From NCBI GenBank assembly GCA_041640595.1, contig JBEPZY010000006.1, positions 191,607 through 255,606 of the forward strand: a stretch of DNA of 64,000 nucleotides. The letters run 5' to 3'. Within the stretch, counting starts at the first letter, position 1, and each line of letters begins with the position of its first letter. The notes under the pieces were generated by a model. The model saw only the letters and a list, made by a program, of their open reading frames with translations. It had not been told where the DNA came from and made no database searches. This DNA comes from Gemmatales bacterium (lineage in GTDB: Bacteria; Planctomycetota; Planctomycetia; Gemmatales; HRBIN36). The position numbers and the translations under genes are program-made. Below are positions 42,495 to 52,225 of this stretch, piece by piece.

Positions 42495-43865
42495 ATGAGC
42501 AGAACGACGGGATGCTGCCGCGTCGAGTATGCCTGTTTGACCGACGTCGGCGTGCGCCGCAGCCATAACCAGGACAGTTACGCCGTGGTCGTGGCAGAAA
42601 GCGACCTGGGTTGGTGTGAACGAGGACATTTGTTTCTCGTGGCCGATGGTATGGGCGCCCATGCTGTAGGAGAGATGGCCAGCAAACTGGCCGCGGACAT
42701 CATTGCCCATACCTACTTCAAACACCTGGAAGCTGGCGTTCCTGTTGCTCTTCACCGAGCCTTCCAAGAGGCTAACCGCGCCATCTACGAGAGGGGCCAG
42801 CAAAACCTCGATTTCTCGGGAATGGGTACCACTGCGACCGTGCTGGCGTTACATCCGAGCGGGGCGTGGATTGGCCATGTCGGCGATACGCGCGTCTATC
42901 GCATCCGTCAGGGTACGATCGAACAACTCACCTTTGATCACAGCCTGCGCTGGGAAGTGGCCCGCCGACGACATGAAGACCCGGACAAGGTTACTGATAT
43001 TGCCAGCAATGCCATTGTCCGCTCGCTTGGGCCAGAAACTACGGTTGAAGTGGACCTGGAAGGGCCCCATTCCGTTCAAGCGGGCGACGTCTTTCTACTT
43101 TGCAGCGATGGCCTGAGCGGATTGGTAAGCGATGCCGAGATGGGAGCCATTGCTTCTACTCTGCCGCTCAAAGAGGCGGCCAATTTCCTGGTAGCGCTCG
43201 CCAATCTGCGTGGCGGCCCGGATAACATTACCGTGATTCTCGTCCGCGTTCAGGAATTTGCTCCTGCGCCCACCTGTCCCCGCTTGCCCTGGTGGAAGCG
43301 AATCGGTCAAAGCTTATGGCGATGGCTTGCGACTGCCACACCTGCACAATGTGCGCGTCTTGCCGTCCCCCTGGCGGTGCTCACACTGGCCACGTTGATC
43401 CCGGTGCTTGCATCCTGGACTGAGTTGCCGGCACTGTGGCGACGGGTTTTGCTTGGCTCTTCCATTGTGTCGTTCGTAACAGCTTCGGCGTTGCTGGCAA
43501 GAGGCCTCTATCTTTTGCAAAAAATGGAACGGCATTCCGGAGAGTCGGAACCAGAAGCCCGCGAAGAGGTGCGGGTCAATCCACCTCAGGTCTATCGGCG
43601 CGCGTCCTGTGCAGTGGACGGGAATCTGCTCGGACGCATGACGCAGGTACAGCAGGATTTGCTCAATTTGCTGCAGAGATCCCAATGGCCTTATCCAGCC
43701 GAGGCGTACCATGCACTCAACCGCCAGCGTCAAGACCTGTTACGAAGCGGAAAGTCGGCCGAGGCTTTTCAGGTGCAACTCCAGGGAGTAGCGTTGCTGG
43801 CAGAAGCGGTTCGCCGGCAACAACGTCGCTCGGAAGTGTTCTTGCCGAACTGGAATGGGCAGTAA
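42495..43865 (+). CDS. PP2C-family (Stp1/PrpC-like) Ser/Thr phosphatase with two C-terminal TM helices
   Basis: TDVGVRRSHNQD, VADGMGAH, MGTT, HVGDTRVY, LLCSDGL, GGPDNIT. Confidence 0.92.
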   Translation: MSRTTGCCRVEYACLTDVGVRRSHNQDSYAVVVAESDLGWCERGHLFLVADGMGAHAVGEMASKLAADIIAHTYFKHLEAGVPVALHRAFQEANRAIYERGQQNLDFSGMGTTATVLALHPSGAWIGHVGDTRVYRIRQGTIEQLTFDHSLRWEVARRRHEDPDKVTDIASNAIVRSLGPETTVEVDLEGPHSVQAGDVFLLCSDGLSGLVSDAEMGAIASTLPLKEAANFLVALANLRGGPDNITVILVRVQEFAPAPTCPRLPWWKRIGQSLWRWLATATPAQCARLAVPLAVLTLATLIPVLASWTELPALWRRVLLGSSIVSFVTASALLARGLYLLQKMERHSGESEPEAREEVRVNPPQVYRRASCAVDGNLLGRMTQVQQDLLNLLQRSQWPYPAEAYHALNRQRQDLLRSGKSAEAFQVQLQGVALLAEAVRRQQRRSEVFLPNWNGQ

Positions 43866-44000
43866 CCGATAGCGTTGCCCGGCTGGTTTCACATCGAGTA
43901 AAACACCGGTTCACGGTGGCAATTGGCATGGTGCTTGCGTAGGATGAGAGTAAAGAAGCAGGCACTCCGAACAGCCCGCTCTCTTCTCAGGGAGAAGGAC

Positions 44001-44540
44001 ATGCCACTGCACCAACGACCGGCGGAACGGCTTTACTTGGCGGCAGAGCGAGCGGCCGACTTGATGCACGAGAATCCAATCTCGATCAGCGAAAATGCAA
44101 CCATCAAGGAGGCGGCAGCGATTTTGCTGGACCGCGGTATCAGTGCAGCACCGGTGATCAATGAAGCGGGGCGGCCCGTCGGCGTGATTAGTCGCTCCGA
44201 CATTGTCCTATTCGAACGCGAAAAAAGCGAACATTTGCCACCCGCCGCCGAATACTTCGCGGAAGACACCACCGATGTCGCCACCGGCAAACAGGTTCCC
44301 TTCGGTTTTCACGTGGAATACCCCGACGCCACCACGGTACGCGAAATCATGACTCCGGTCATCTATGCGGTTTCGCCAGACACGCCGGCAAGCCAGGTCA
44401 TTCGCGAAATGCTGCAACGCCATGTGCATCGCCTGTTCGTTACCGACGCTTCCGGAGTGCTGGTCGGGGTAATTACGACGATGGATATTCTCCGGCATTT
44501 GCGACGGGAGATACCCGAATCCCCAGGCAGCAGCACCTAA
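44001..44540 (+). CDS. CBS-pair protein
   Basis: AADLM...ISAAPVINEAGRPVGVISRSDI; VREIMTP...VHRLFVTD...LVGVITTMDI. Confidence 0.9.
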   Translation: MPLHQRPAERLYLAAERAADLMHENPISISENATIKEAAAILLDRGISAAPVINEAGRPVGVISRSDIVLFEREKSEHLPPAAEYFAEDTTDVATGKQVPFGFHVEYPDATTVREIMTPVIYAVSPDTPASQVIREMLQRHVHRLFVTDASGVLVGVITTMDILRHLRREIPESPGSST

Positions 44541-44552
44541 AAGGAGAGCAGC

Positions 44553-44984
44553 ATGCGCAATGTGCAAACCATTCTGCACCCCACGGATTTCTCCGAGCCG
44601 TCTCACGCTGCCTGGCAGGTGGCCTGTGCGTTGGCGCAAACGTATCAGGCCCGACTCGTGGCTCTCCATGTCGTTTTCCCAGCGACTGTCGCTTACGGTG
44701 AAGTGGTCTCCACCGAGGTCGTCGAACAGCAAATCAGCAGCGCTCGCCAAGCGCTGGAACAACTGCAACCCACCGAGCCCGGCATCAAAGTAGAACGCAT
44801 CCTGGAAACCGGCGATCCCGTTGAGGTGATTCTCCGAACGGCTGCCAAACTACCGGCAGACCTGATCGTTCTCGGCAGTCATGGCCGAACCGGTTTGGCC
44901 AGGCTCCTGCTCGGTAGCGTTGCCGAACAGGTAGTTCGCAAAGCAACCTGCCCGGTGCTGGTGGTCAAACGCCCTTTGAGCTAA
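44553..44984 (+). CDS. Universal stress protein
   Basis: ILHPTDFSE, DLIVLGSHGRTGLARLLLGSVAEQVVRKATCPVLVV. Confidence 0.95.
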   Translation: MRNVQTILHPTDFSEPSHAAWQVACALAQTYQARLVALHVVFPATVAYGEVVSTEVVEQQISSARQALEQLQPTEPGIKVERILETGDPVEVILRTAAKLPADLIVLGSHGRTGLARLLLGSVAEQVVRKATCPVLVVKRPLS

Positions 44985-45341
44985 GCTGTTCGAGAAGCTC
45001 GAACCGGCGGAAGCCGGTCGTCTTCGCGCTACCCATGCCGTATCTGCTTCCGGGCGACACACCTTCTGCGCATGATTCTTTCCCCAACGCAGGGCAGTTC
45101 GTAGTTCGACACCTGCCTGACAGAATTTCGCAGTTGCCAACAGAGGTTTTCGCACAAATCGTCGCCTATCCCGGGCTTCGCTAAGTGATCGGAAAACGTA
45201 TACCCAAACAAACCGGGGCTTTCCAGCACAAAGCCCTCCACGTTCGCAATTACCGAACCCACTGGTAAACTGGCACCGGCAGAGCAGCGTTAGCCTTGCC
45301 GAGAGCATTTGGGCAGATGTTTTTTCGAAAAGGGAGCGGGT

Positions 45342-46970
45342 TTACAGAAAGAGATGGGACAGGTACCAGGCGATGGCTGCTGAAAGAACCGCGACTAGCA
45401 CGAGCACCAGGGGACTGGTGCGTTCTTCGTTTTTACCCTCCGGTTCGGATTTTGCGGTTGGATTCAGTAACAGCGGACGACGAGGCACTTTCTCCTGCGA
45501 AGGATTAGCACAGGACAAACCAGGAGCGACCACCGTTCTGCCATTGGGCGACTCCTGGTCTGCGGGGGCGGAGTTGTGCCAGTAGCTAGCACTGCCCAGC
45601 TTGCTTGCTGGTGAATGGGAATTTCCTGAATACGTTTCCCCCTTAGCTGCGATTAGCCCCGATGGCGGTCGTAATAACCCGCCAGCAGGATTTGCTCGCT
45701 CATCCGTTTCTCGAACGGGAGCGTTGAGCGAACCGCCGACACGATTGGCCTGCCCAGGGCGTGCCGATTCTGGCAGAGGAGTGCGTCGAGCCACTGCATC
45801 GGCCAGTGTATAGCTCGGCAAAGGCGTGGGTTTATCGGTCGAAGCAACGGGACGGTTCGGTGCGTGGGCTGGCGAATACACTGAGGCCGGTGGAGCCGTG
45901 CGTGAATGACTCCAGGGTGCATATAGACCAGCCGATCCCTGCAAAAACGGCCCCAGAGCCTGCATCACGTGAATCAGGCTCGCAAAACGCTCCGCCGGTT
46001 CTTTCGCTAGCATTTTCAGGACAACTGCTTCCAACTGTTCCGGCAGCTCGGGTACTAGCTGGCGTGGTGGTGTTGGAGGTTTAGTCTGGTGGGCCATCAT
46101 CTTCTCGATGGCATTTTCTCCGGGGAACGGATACTGACCCGTCAGCAGGAAATAAAGGACACAACCCAGGCTATACTGATCGGATGCTGGCCCGACCTGG
46201 GTCGGATCGGCAATGCTTTCCGGGCTGGCGCAGTCCAGGTTATTTTGCAACACATTGGCACTGGACATCGTGTCCACAACGGATTCTCCTTCCACTTCCA
46301 TCAGCAGCGAACCTACGCCGAAATCGAGCACGCAGATTTGGTCCTGCGGAGTACGAAGCAAGTTCGACGGTTTGATCAGGCCGTGAATCAGACCGCGTTC
46401 GTGGCACACCGCCAGGCCTTCTGCTGCCTGCAAAATATAACCCACCGCCTGTCCCATCGGCAATTTGCCCTGACGTGCCACGAGTTTATCGAGAGTTTCC
46501 CCTTCAACAAACGGCCAGACTAAATAGTGGGAGCCACCACTGGTGCCGATGTCCGCGAACGGTACCACAGCCGGATGACTGAACGATTCAAATTCACGCA
46601 CCTGGCGTTTGGCCAGGCGAATGTTCCACATACTGCGACGAGGTAGAATCTTCACGGCGAACCACTGGTCTGGGTGGCGGCGGGACTTGGCACGATATAC
46701 TGTTCCCATGCTCCCGGTACCGACAGGCTCGTGCAGAACATAAGGCCCTACTACCAGTGCATTACCGCGACCGTTCAACAGGCTTTCCGCCTGAAACCGC
46801 GTTAGCAGCCCCTGAGAAACCAGATACTCGGCGAGCTCAGGTGGTTCTGCCTGTGGATGCTTTTGCAGATAGTCCCAGGTTACTTTGTCCACGAGATGCC
46901 GATCCAGAACCTCACTGCGACGCAGGTCCCAAACGAACCACTCGCAGGCTCCCAATTGCTGTCCTGTCAT
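45342..46970 (-). CDS. Membrane-anchored Hanks-type Ser/Thr kinase homologue, probable pseudokinase
   Basis: GTGSMGTVY, AVKIL, HGLIKPSN in place of HRD, DFG, SDQYSLG; C-terminal TM helix. Confidence 0.88.
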   Translation of the reverse strand: MTGQQLGACEWFVWDLRRSEVLDRHLVDKVTWDYLQKHPQAEPPELAEYLVSQGLLTRFQAESLLNGRGNALVVGPYVLHEPVGTGSMGTVYRAKSRRHPDQWFAVKILPRRSMWNIRLAKRQVREFESFSHPAVVPFADIGTSGGSHYLVWPFVEGETLDKLVARQGKLPMGQAVGYILQAAEGLAVCHERGLIHGLIKPSNLLRTPQDQICVLDFGVGSLLMEVEGESVVDTMSSANVLQNNLDCASPESIADPTQVGPASDQYSLGCVLYFLLTGQYPFPGENAIEKMMAHQTKPPTPPRQLVPELPEQLEAVVLKMLAKEPAERFASLIHVMQALGPFLQGSAGLYAPWSHSRTAPPASVYSPAHAPNRPVASTDKPTPLPSYTLADAVARRTPLPESARPGQANRVGGSLNAPVRETDERANPAGGLLRPPSGLIAAKGETYSGNSHSPASKLGSASYWHNSAPADQESPNGRTVVAPGLSCANPSQEKVPRRPLLLNPTAKSEPEGKNEERTSPLVLVLVAVLSAAIAWYLSHLFL

Positions 46971-47360
46971 AGCCCTAGTCCCTCAATGATCCATAAGCGG
47001 ACGCACATTGCGCACACTTACTACTACCAGCGTGGCTCACAAAACCGATAAAGTCAAACTCATCGGCACAAGTTAGACGTGCGATTAAGGTCAGGCAAAA
47101 GTTTACGCTGACATCAAAGCGAACATCAAACCACGTGGAATCGCTCAACCGGCATGGGGCCCAGCCTCGTTCTTCATTCCGTAGATTCCTGGCGCTGCGG
47201 AGACAGCCTTGGTCGTGCGATAGTTCGTGTTTCCCCCTGCCCCTATCTGGTGGCCAACAACAGGCAGAACTTTTGCAAAAGCGGCGTCTGGCGAGGTCTG
47301 GCCATCCGCAATAAGGGCACTACAGTGTCAGACACGACATGGCACAAACCGCGATAAATA

Positions 47361-47442
47361 AGCCGCGCGGAGGCATACGAGAGGGAGGTTGCCCGCACCA
47401 GGATCGGGAAAAGGGTCGAGAAGGGAAAACCTCCGCGCGGCT
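47361..47442 (-). terminator. Long-loop GC hairpin (perfect 13-bp inverted repeat) followed by a U-rich tract; terminator or small structured RNA
   Basis: AGCCGCGCGGAGG at 47361-47373 pairs with CCTCCGCGCGGCT at 47430-47442; TATTT follows on the minus strand, downstream of the DUF1559 gene. Confidence 0.45.
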
Positions 47443-47502
47443 CGGCTCTCAGTTGCGATGGACAATAGCAGCCAGGAGCGGATGCAAGGTTGCAGGAGCG
47501 AC

Positions 47503-48609
47503 TTACTGAAGTTCATTCCAGTTGACCATTTCCCCGCCGGCACGTGTGCCCAGCGCTCGCCAAACGCTGATGCTGATGGCGTTACGGATTTGCCGCGTCG
47601 AGCCATCCATCAGCATCACATTCACTCCGCCGGGATGATAACTGCGAGAGGTAATGATCGCGTAAGTGGGGTTTGTCTGAGCATGCCCTTCTCTTGCCGA
47701 AGTGACATCTACGTCCTGACCGCTAAAAAGAACCCGCGTGTTCGGTGGCAAAGTGAAAGTTACGCCGGTCTGATGCACTCTACCGTCCACCCATTCTGTA
47801 TGGGCGTTAGCGCGCAGGGAACCCCCGCTGACATAGCTCATGGCAGCACTAAGATCCGCTGGTGGCGGGACATTGAGCGTGTTGGGATTACCGGTATCGC
47901 GTAAATAAGGCGTCCATGCTTTGACCTCGGCGAATCCGACGGTATTGCTTGTGCCGTCCACAATCTCCGAAATTTGCCGCGGGTAAGTATGGGAAAAGAC
48001 ACCGTCCCCGCTCAGTCCGCTAGGAGAATCATAGACAAACCAAACACCCAGATTTGCTCCGTAGTTGACAACGTAGTGGCGTTGTCCGGAGCTTTCCACG
48101 TGCTGCTGGTTTTTCCTGACCTCGGAAGGGCACACATAGATGGCTACGGGAACTTCCGTTACTTGCCAATGAGATGGGTCCGAATAAAGCCTCGAAAAAT
48201 CAATTCGCCGATGCAGATTATCCTGCTCTACGTAAGGCAACAGTCGGGCTTGCAGCGACCAATCGTCGGTAAAACTGCTAGCGGGGCGGATGATCATGGC
48301 TGGCGGGAAAAAATCCAGCTGAGCGTGATGGTTATGCAATGCGATGCCGATTTGTTTGAGGTTGTTGAGACAGCGAGCCCGATTAGCCGCCTCACGAACA
48401 CGCTGGATAGCGGGCAGTAACAACGCCATCAGCAGCCCAATGATGGCGATGACCACGAGCAGTTCGATGAGGGTGAATGCCCGGGGATATGGCCAGCAAA
48501 TCGGGTGAAAACCTCGCAATTCGGTTGCAACCGCCTGCGCCTCACCAGCCTCGCGCAGGGGCTTTTGCCAGAGTCCGGTAAGCACTCGGAAAATGCGGAT
48601 GGGTTGCAT
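47503..48609 (-). CDS. DUF1559 prepilin-type protein
   Basis: [66 protein letters not shown]. Confidence 0.93.
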   Translation of the reverse strand: MQPIRIFRVLTGLWQKPLREAGEAQAVATELRGFHPICWPYPRAFTLIELLVVIAIIGLLMALLLPAIQRVREAANRARCLNNLKQIGIALHNHHAQLDFFPPAMIIRPASSFTDDWSLQARLLPYVEQDNLHRRIDFSRLYSDPSHWQVTEVPVAIYVCPSEVRKNQQHVESSGQRHYVVNYGANLGVWFVYDSPSGLSGDGVFSHTYPRQISEIVDGTSNTVGFAEVKAWTPYLRDTGNPNTLNVPPPADLSAAMSYVSGGSLRANAHTEWVDGRVHQTGVTFTLPPNTRVLFSGQDVDVTSAREGHAQTNPTYAIITSRSYHPGGVNVMLMDGSTRQIRNAISISVWRALGTRAGGEMVNWNELQ

Positions 48610-48916
48610 TGGCGGCTCCTTTTTGTGTTCTGGCGACCCGGCTTTCGTTGACTCAGCCGAGGGGCCAATATGTTACTGAGACTCAGTCGCTTTTAGTGTA
48701 GGTGTAGCGATTGCGGGCAAAGGTGGCAAGAGGTCCTGCCAAAGTTTCTCTTGGTCAACTCCGTAACCGGCTATCCGGCAAAGAGTTGTGGCGATGGTTG
48801 CCGCGCAAAAATTTGGAAAATTTTTTCCACGTTACTTCCTGCCGCACAAAACGAGGCTATAGTAGCAACAACCACATGGGGACCTGGGAATCATAACCCC
48901 ATGCGGGGATGGTCAG

Positions 48917-49723
48917 CTAAAAGCGACCACGTCTCCGTTCCTTGGCCGGCAGAATTTCCAGACAGGTAGTCCACCAGCCGGTCAATATGGTGGCGATGAA
49001 CTCTTCAGGCAGCCTCTCCTGCCGCATTTCGGCGGCCAGTCGGTGATGGTCGTACTCCACCGGCACAAACTCAATGCGCAGCTGCGGAGCCGCTTCCAGA
49101 ATGGTGTACCAGACCCGAGTTGTACCATCGTTCTCCGGTCGGCCGAGCACACCGACATTGACAAAATGCCGCTCCGCGGTACTGCCGAGTTCTGCGTTGC
49201 CCGGCAGGACTCGATGCCATTTCAAACCGGTATGCGTGGCGCAGATGACATCCGCCTGGTAGTTGTCGCATAGCCAGCACAGGAACGCCGTCGAGGTGGT
49301 GGATTCCCACAGGAATTCGTTGATTTTGCGTGGGCTGCCATGGCATAAGAGCAACCGATACCGGCCTAGTTCCAACCGCCGGTACATAGGCAGGGTTCCC
49401 AACCAGCGGCGATTCTCCGGGCTAGTGTGCTCATAAGTGTACTGATACGAGATGCGCGCGAAATAATTGTCCCGCGGATCGGTGTATCCGCACTGGCAAT
49501 CGGGTAGGTCCAGGGCCAGCGACTGGTCGTAGTTGCCTTGAATGCACTGTACGCTGTAATCCCAGATGAGCGGGAAAACGCGATCGGGATGCGGACCGAA
49601 GGCGCCGAAATCGCCGAGACAGTAAATGGCATCTACCCCGCGTCGCCGAATATCTCGCAGAGCCGACTCCAGGGCGAGGTAGTTACTGTAAATGCCACCG
49701 AAGAGAGCTATACGTTCGGCCAT
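48917..49723 (-). CDS. Metallophosphoesterase-family protein with variant motif I
   Basis: FGGIYSN, CLGDFG, QGNYD, CHGSP, THTG, VNVGVLG. Confidence 0.85.
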   Translation of the reverse strand: MAERIALFGGIYSNYLALESALRDIRRRGVDAIYCLGDFGAFGPHPDRVFPLIWDYSVQCIQGNYDQSLALDLPDCQCGYTDPRDNYFARISYQYTYEHTSPENRRWLGTLPMYRRLELGRYRLLLCHGSPRKINEFLWESTTSTAFLCWLCDNYQADVICATHTGLKWHRVLPGNAELGSTAERHFVNVGVLGRPENDGTTRVWYTILEAAPQLRIEFVPVEYDHHRLAAEMRQERLPEEFIATILTGWWTTCLEILPAKERRRGRF

Positions 49724-49761
49724 TATGCTGCGTTCCCGAAATGTGGCGATTGTTGCAACGC

Positions 49762-50670
49762 TTACCAGTCGCGTTGCTGCTCGGAAGCATTGGCGCAGAT
49801 GGCACCGTGGAGGTAACAGGTGTAGCAAGCCTGGTAGCGCAGTGCGAAGCCCCCCAGGCCGGAACTCAGGTCTTCACCGAGTCGGGCATCCTCGGCTTCC
49901 AGCAAGATCGGGCAGACATAGACGCCTCGGTCGGTGACCACGCGAGCACGACGGCACAGGAGTTGGTCAAGGTCGAAATCGTGCAGCATTTCAGGAGTCA
50001 CCCGCTCGTCATGCTGATAAGGGCGACCGCGCACGGCTTCGGCGCCAATGCGTAATAGCGGTAAGATTTTGACACGAGGCCGACTGTACCCGTGGGCTTT
50101 TAACATCTCGACAAACCGGAAAAACAATTCGTGCGGCGAGATGGATTCGTCCACGTGAGCGACGGTGATAATTGGCAAAAAGCCATGCTCCAACAATTGC
50201 CGTATGCCCCGCAAGGTGCGTGCGAAAACTCCCTGACCACGGATGGCATCGTTGCTGGCGGGGTCGAAACTGTCGAGGGAAACGCGGAATTCCAGGCTGT
50301 AAGGAGAGTTCGCCTCCCCATAGGCCAATTCGCGTAACCAGTCATCGCGGAGCAGGGTGGCGTTGGTCAGAATGGTTACCGGGCCAAGTTCGAGTGTGCG
50401 ACAGACGATCGGCACCAGTTCGGGGTGTAAGAATGGTTCGCCACCGGTGAAGTAATACTCCTTGACACCAAGGCGCACCGATTCGGCCAATGCCCGTTCG
50501 ACATCCTTGCGGCTGATGAAGCCGAACCGGTCATTACGGGGCGAGCAGGAGATGAAGCAGTGTCGGCAGGCGAGATTGCACAGCGTTCCCGTGATCTGGA
50601 ACCAGAGATCGTCCAGATGGGCCAAGTGCACCGTCGGTGCGTCGCTTTCGAGTATCGGGAGTAAGGCCAT
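49762..50670 (-). CDS. Radical SAM protein with Cys-rich C-terminus
   Basis: CNLACRHC (CxxxCxxC), FTGGEPF, LTNA, RVSLD; C-terminal LC...VCP...CYTC...IC. Confidence 0.92.
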   Translation of the reverse strand: MALLPILESDAPTVHLAHLDDLWFQITGTLCNLACRHCFISCSPRNDRFGFISRKDVERALAESVRLGVKEYYFTGGEPFLHPELVPIVCRTLELGPVTILTNATLLRDDWLRELAYGEANSPYSLEFRVSLDSFDPASNDAIRGQGVFARTLRGIRQLLEHGFLPIITVAHVDESISPHELFFRFVEMLKAHGYSRPRVKILPLLRIGAEAVRGRPYQHDERVTPEMLHDFDLDQLLCRRARVVTDRGVYVCPILLEAEDARLGEDLSSGLGGFALRYQACYTCYLHGAICANASEQQRDW

Positions 50671-50705
50671 CGCTTTTCCCTGCGCACGCCGTCTGAATCG
50701 TGCCG

Positions 50706-51314
50706 TTAGCCTGACATGCCTTTGGATGGTCCGCTACCAGTTTGCGGCAATTGTTCCAGCGGCCGGAAAATCTCACGCACCGGCAAGCGAAAGCCCGGCA
50801 ACACCTGCTCACCGTCTAACTCATCCCGCTCGCTCAAAATCACCCCTTGCCCTCCAGGCCGATACACATGCACACTCCGCGACTGCGGATGCACCACCCA
50901 CACCAACTTCACTCCCGCATTCAAATAGTCCTGCACCCGCCGGTCCACTTCGTAGCTGACATCACTCGGCGAAAGCACCTCCACCACCAAATCCGGTACC
51001 GTGCGAATAAATCCGGTCTCCCACAACTCCGCGGAGATTTTGTCCCGCCCGATAAATGAAATGTCGGGCTTGCGTACTTTGTCCGGATCATCCGCAAAAC
51101 AACGGTACCCTGTCTCCGCGTTGAACAACGCCCCTAATCCCTGGGCACGAATGTGTTGTCCTAACAAGGTCATAAGTTCGCCACCGACAGCACCCGATGT
51201 AGCCGACATGGGTTTCTCCACCAGTTCGCCGTCCACCAGTTCGTAGCGGCGATCCTTGGGCAAGCGCAACAATTCCTCCGGCGTCACCTTCGGCTTCTCC
51301 AACACCACATTCAT
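50706..51314 (-). CDS. Uma2 (DUF820) family putative endonuclease, copy 1
   Basis: RYELVDGELV, KPDISF, PDLVVEVLSPS, YLNAGVKLVWVVHP, VLPGFRLPVREIF. Confidence 0.92.
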   Translation of the reverse strand: MNVVLEKPKVTPEELLRLPKDRRYELVDGELVEKPMSATSGAVGGELMTLLGQHIRAQGLGALFNAETGYRCFADDPDKVRKPDISFIGRDKISAELWETGFIRTVPDLVVEVLSPSDVSYEVDRRVQDYLNAGVKLVWVVHPQSRSVHVYRPGGQGVILSERDELDGEQVLPGFRLPVREIFRPLEQLPQTGSGPSKGMSG

Positions 51315-51472
51315 CGCTCACCTCCTGTCCGCTTCACTCGCAGCCAGAATAATACGTCGCCTTCGCCCAGCGTACCCTTCTGCCACCAATCGCCTCGCTT
51401 GCAAATTCGTCTATCACAAATACCCACGCTGTTCCCCACCAAGTCTATGTGCCCCTCCGGTAGTCGTCCCAA

Positions 51473-52066
51473 TTACGCTTTCTCGGCGGTCTTCTGCGGC
51501 AACTGTTCCAGCGGCCGGAAAATCTCACGCACCGGTAACCGAAAGCCCGGCAACACCTGCTCACCGTCTAACTCATCCCGCTCGCTCAAAATCACCCCTT
51601 GCCCTCCAGACCGATACACATGCACACTCCGCGACTGCGGATGCACCACCCACACCAACTTCACCCCAGCACTCAAATAATCCTGCACCCGCCGATCCAC
51701 TTCGTAGCTGACATCACTCGGCGAAAGCACCTCCACCACCAAATCCGGCGGCACACTGATGAACCCCGCTGTGCCGAGTTCCGGAGTCAGCCGTTCCTTG
51801 CGTATGAAGACGAGGTCTGGCAAACGCACCTTGTCCGGATCATCGGGGAAACAACGAAATCGTGCATCCGAACCGGAAACACTGCCCGCCCCGTGCTGCT
51901 CACAATAGACACTCAAATACCGCCCCAGTTGCACCATCAGTGCTCCGGAAATCCAGGACATGGGTTTCTCCACCAGTTCGCCGTCCACCAGTTCGTAGCG
52001 GCGATCCTTGGGTAATCGCAACAATTCCTCCGGCGTTACCTTCGGCTTCTCTAACACCGCACTCAT
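51473..52066 (-). CDS. Uma2 (DUF820) family putative endonuclease, copy 2
   Basis: Same motifs as copy 1; AGGAGG RBS. Confidence 0.92.
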   Translation of the reverse strand: MSAVLEKPKVTPEELLRLPKDRRYELVDGELVEKPMSWISGALMVQLGRYLSVYCEQHGAGSVSGSDARFRCFPDDPDKVRLPDLVFIRKERLTPELGTAGFISVPPDLVVEVLSPSDVSYEVDRRVQDYLSAGVKLVWVVHPQSRSVHVYRSGGQGVILSERDELDGEQVLPGFRLPVREIFRPLEQLPQKTAEKA

Positions 52067-52225
52067 CGCTCACCTCCTGTCCGCATCACTCGCAGCCAGA
52101 ATAATACGTCGCCTTCCGCCAGCGTACCCTTTTGCCACCAATCGCCTGGCTTACACATTCGCCTATCACAAATACCCACGCTGTTCCTCACCAAGTCCAT
52201 GTGCCTCCTCCGCGAGTCGTCCCAA

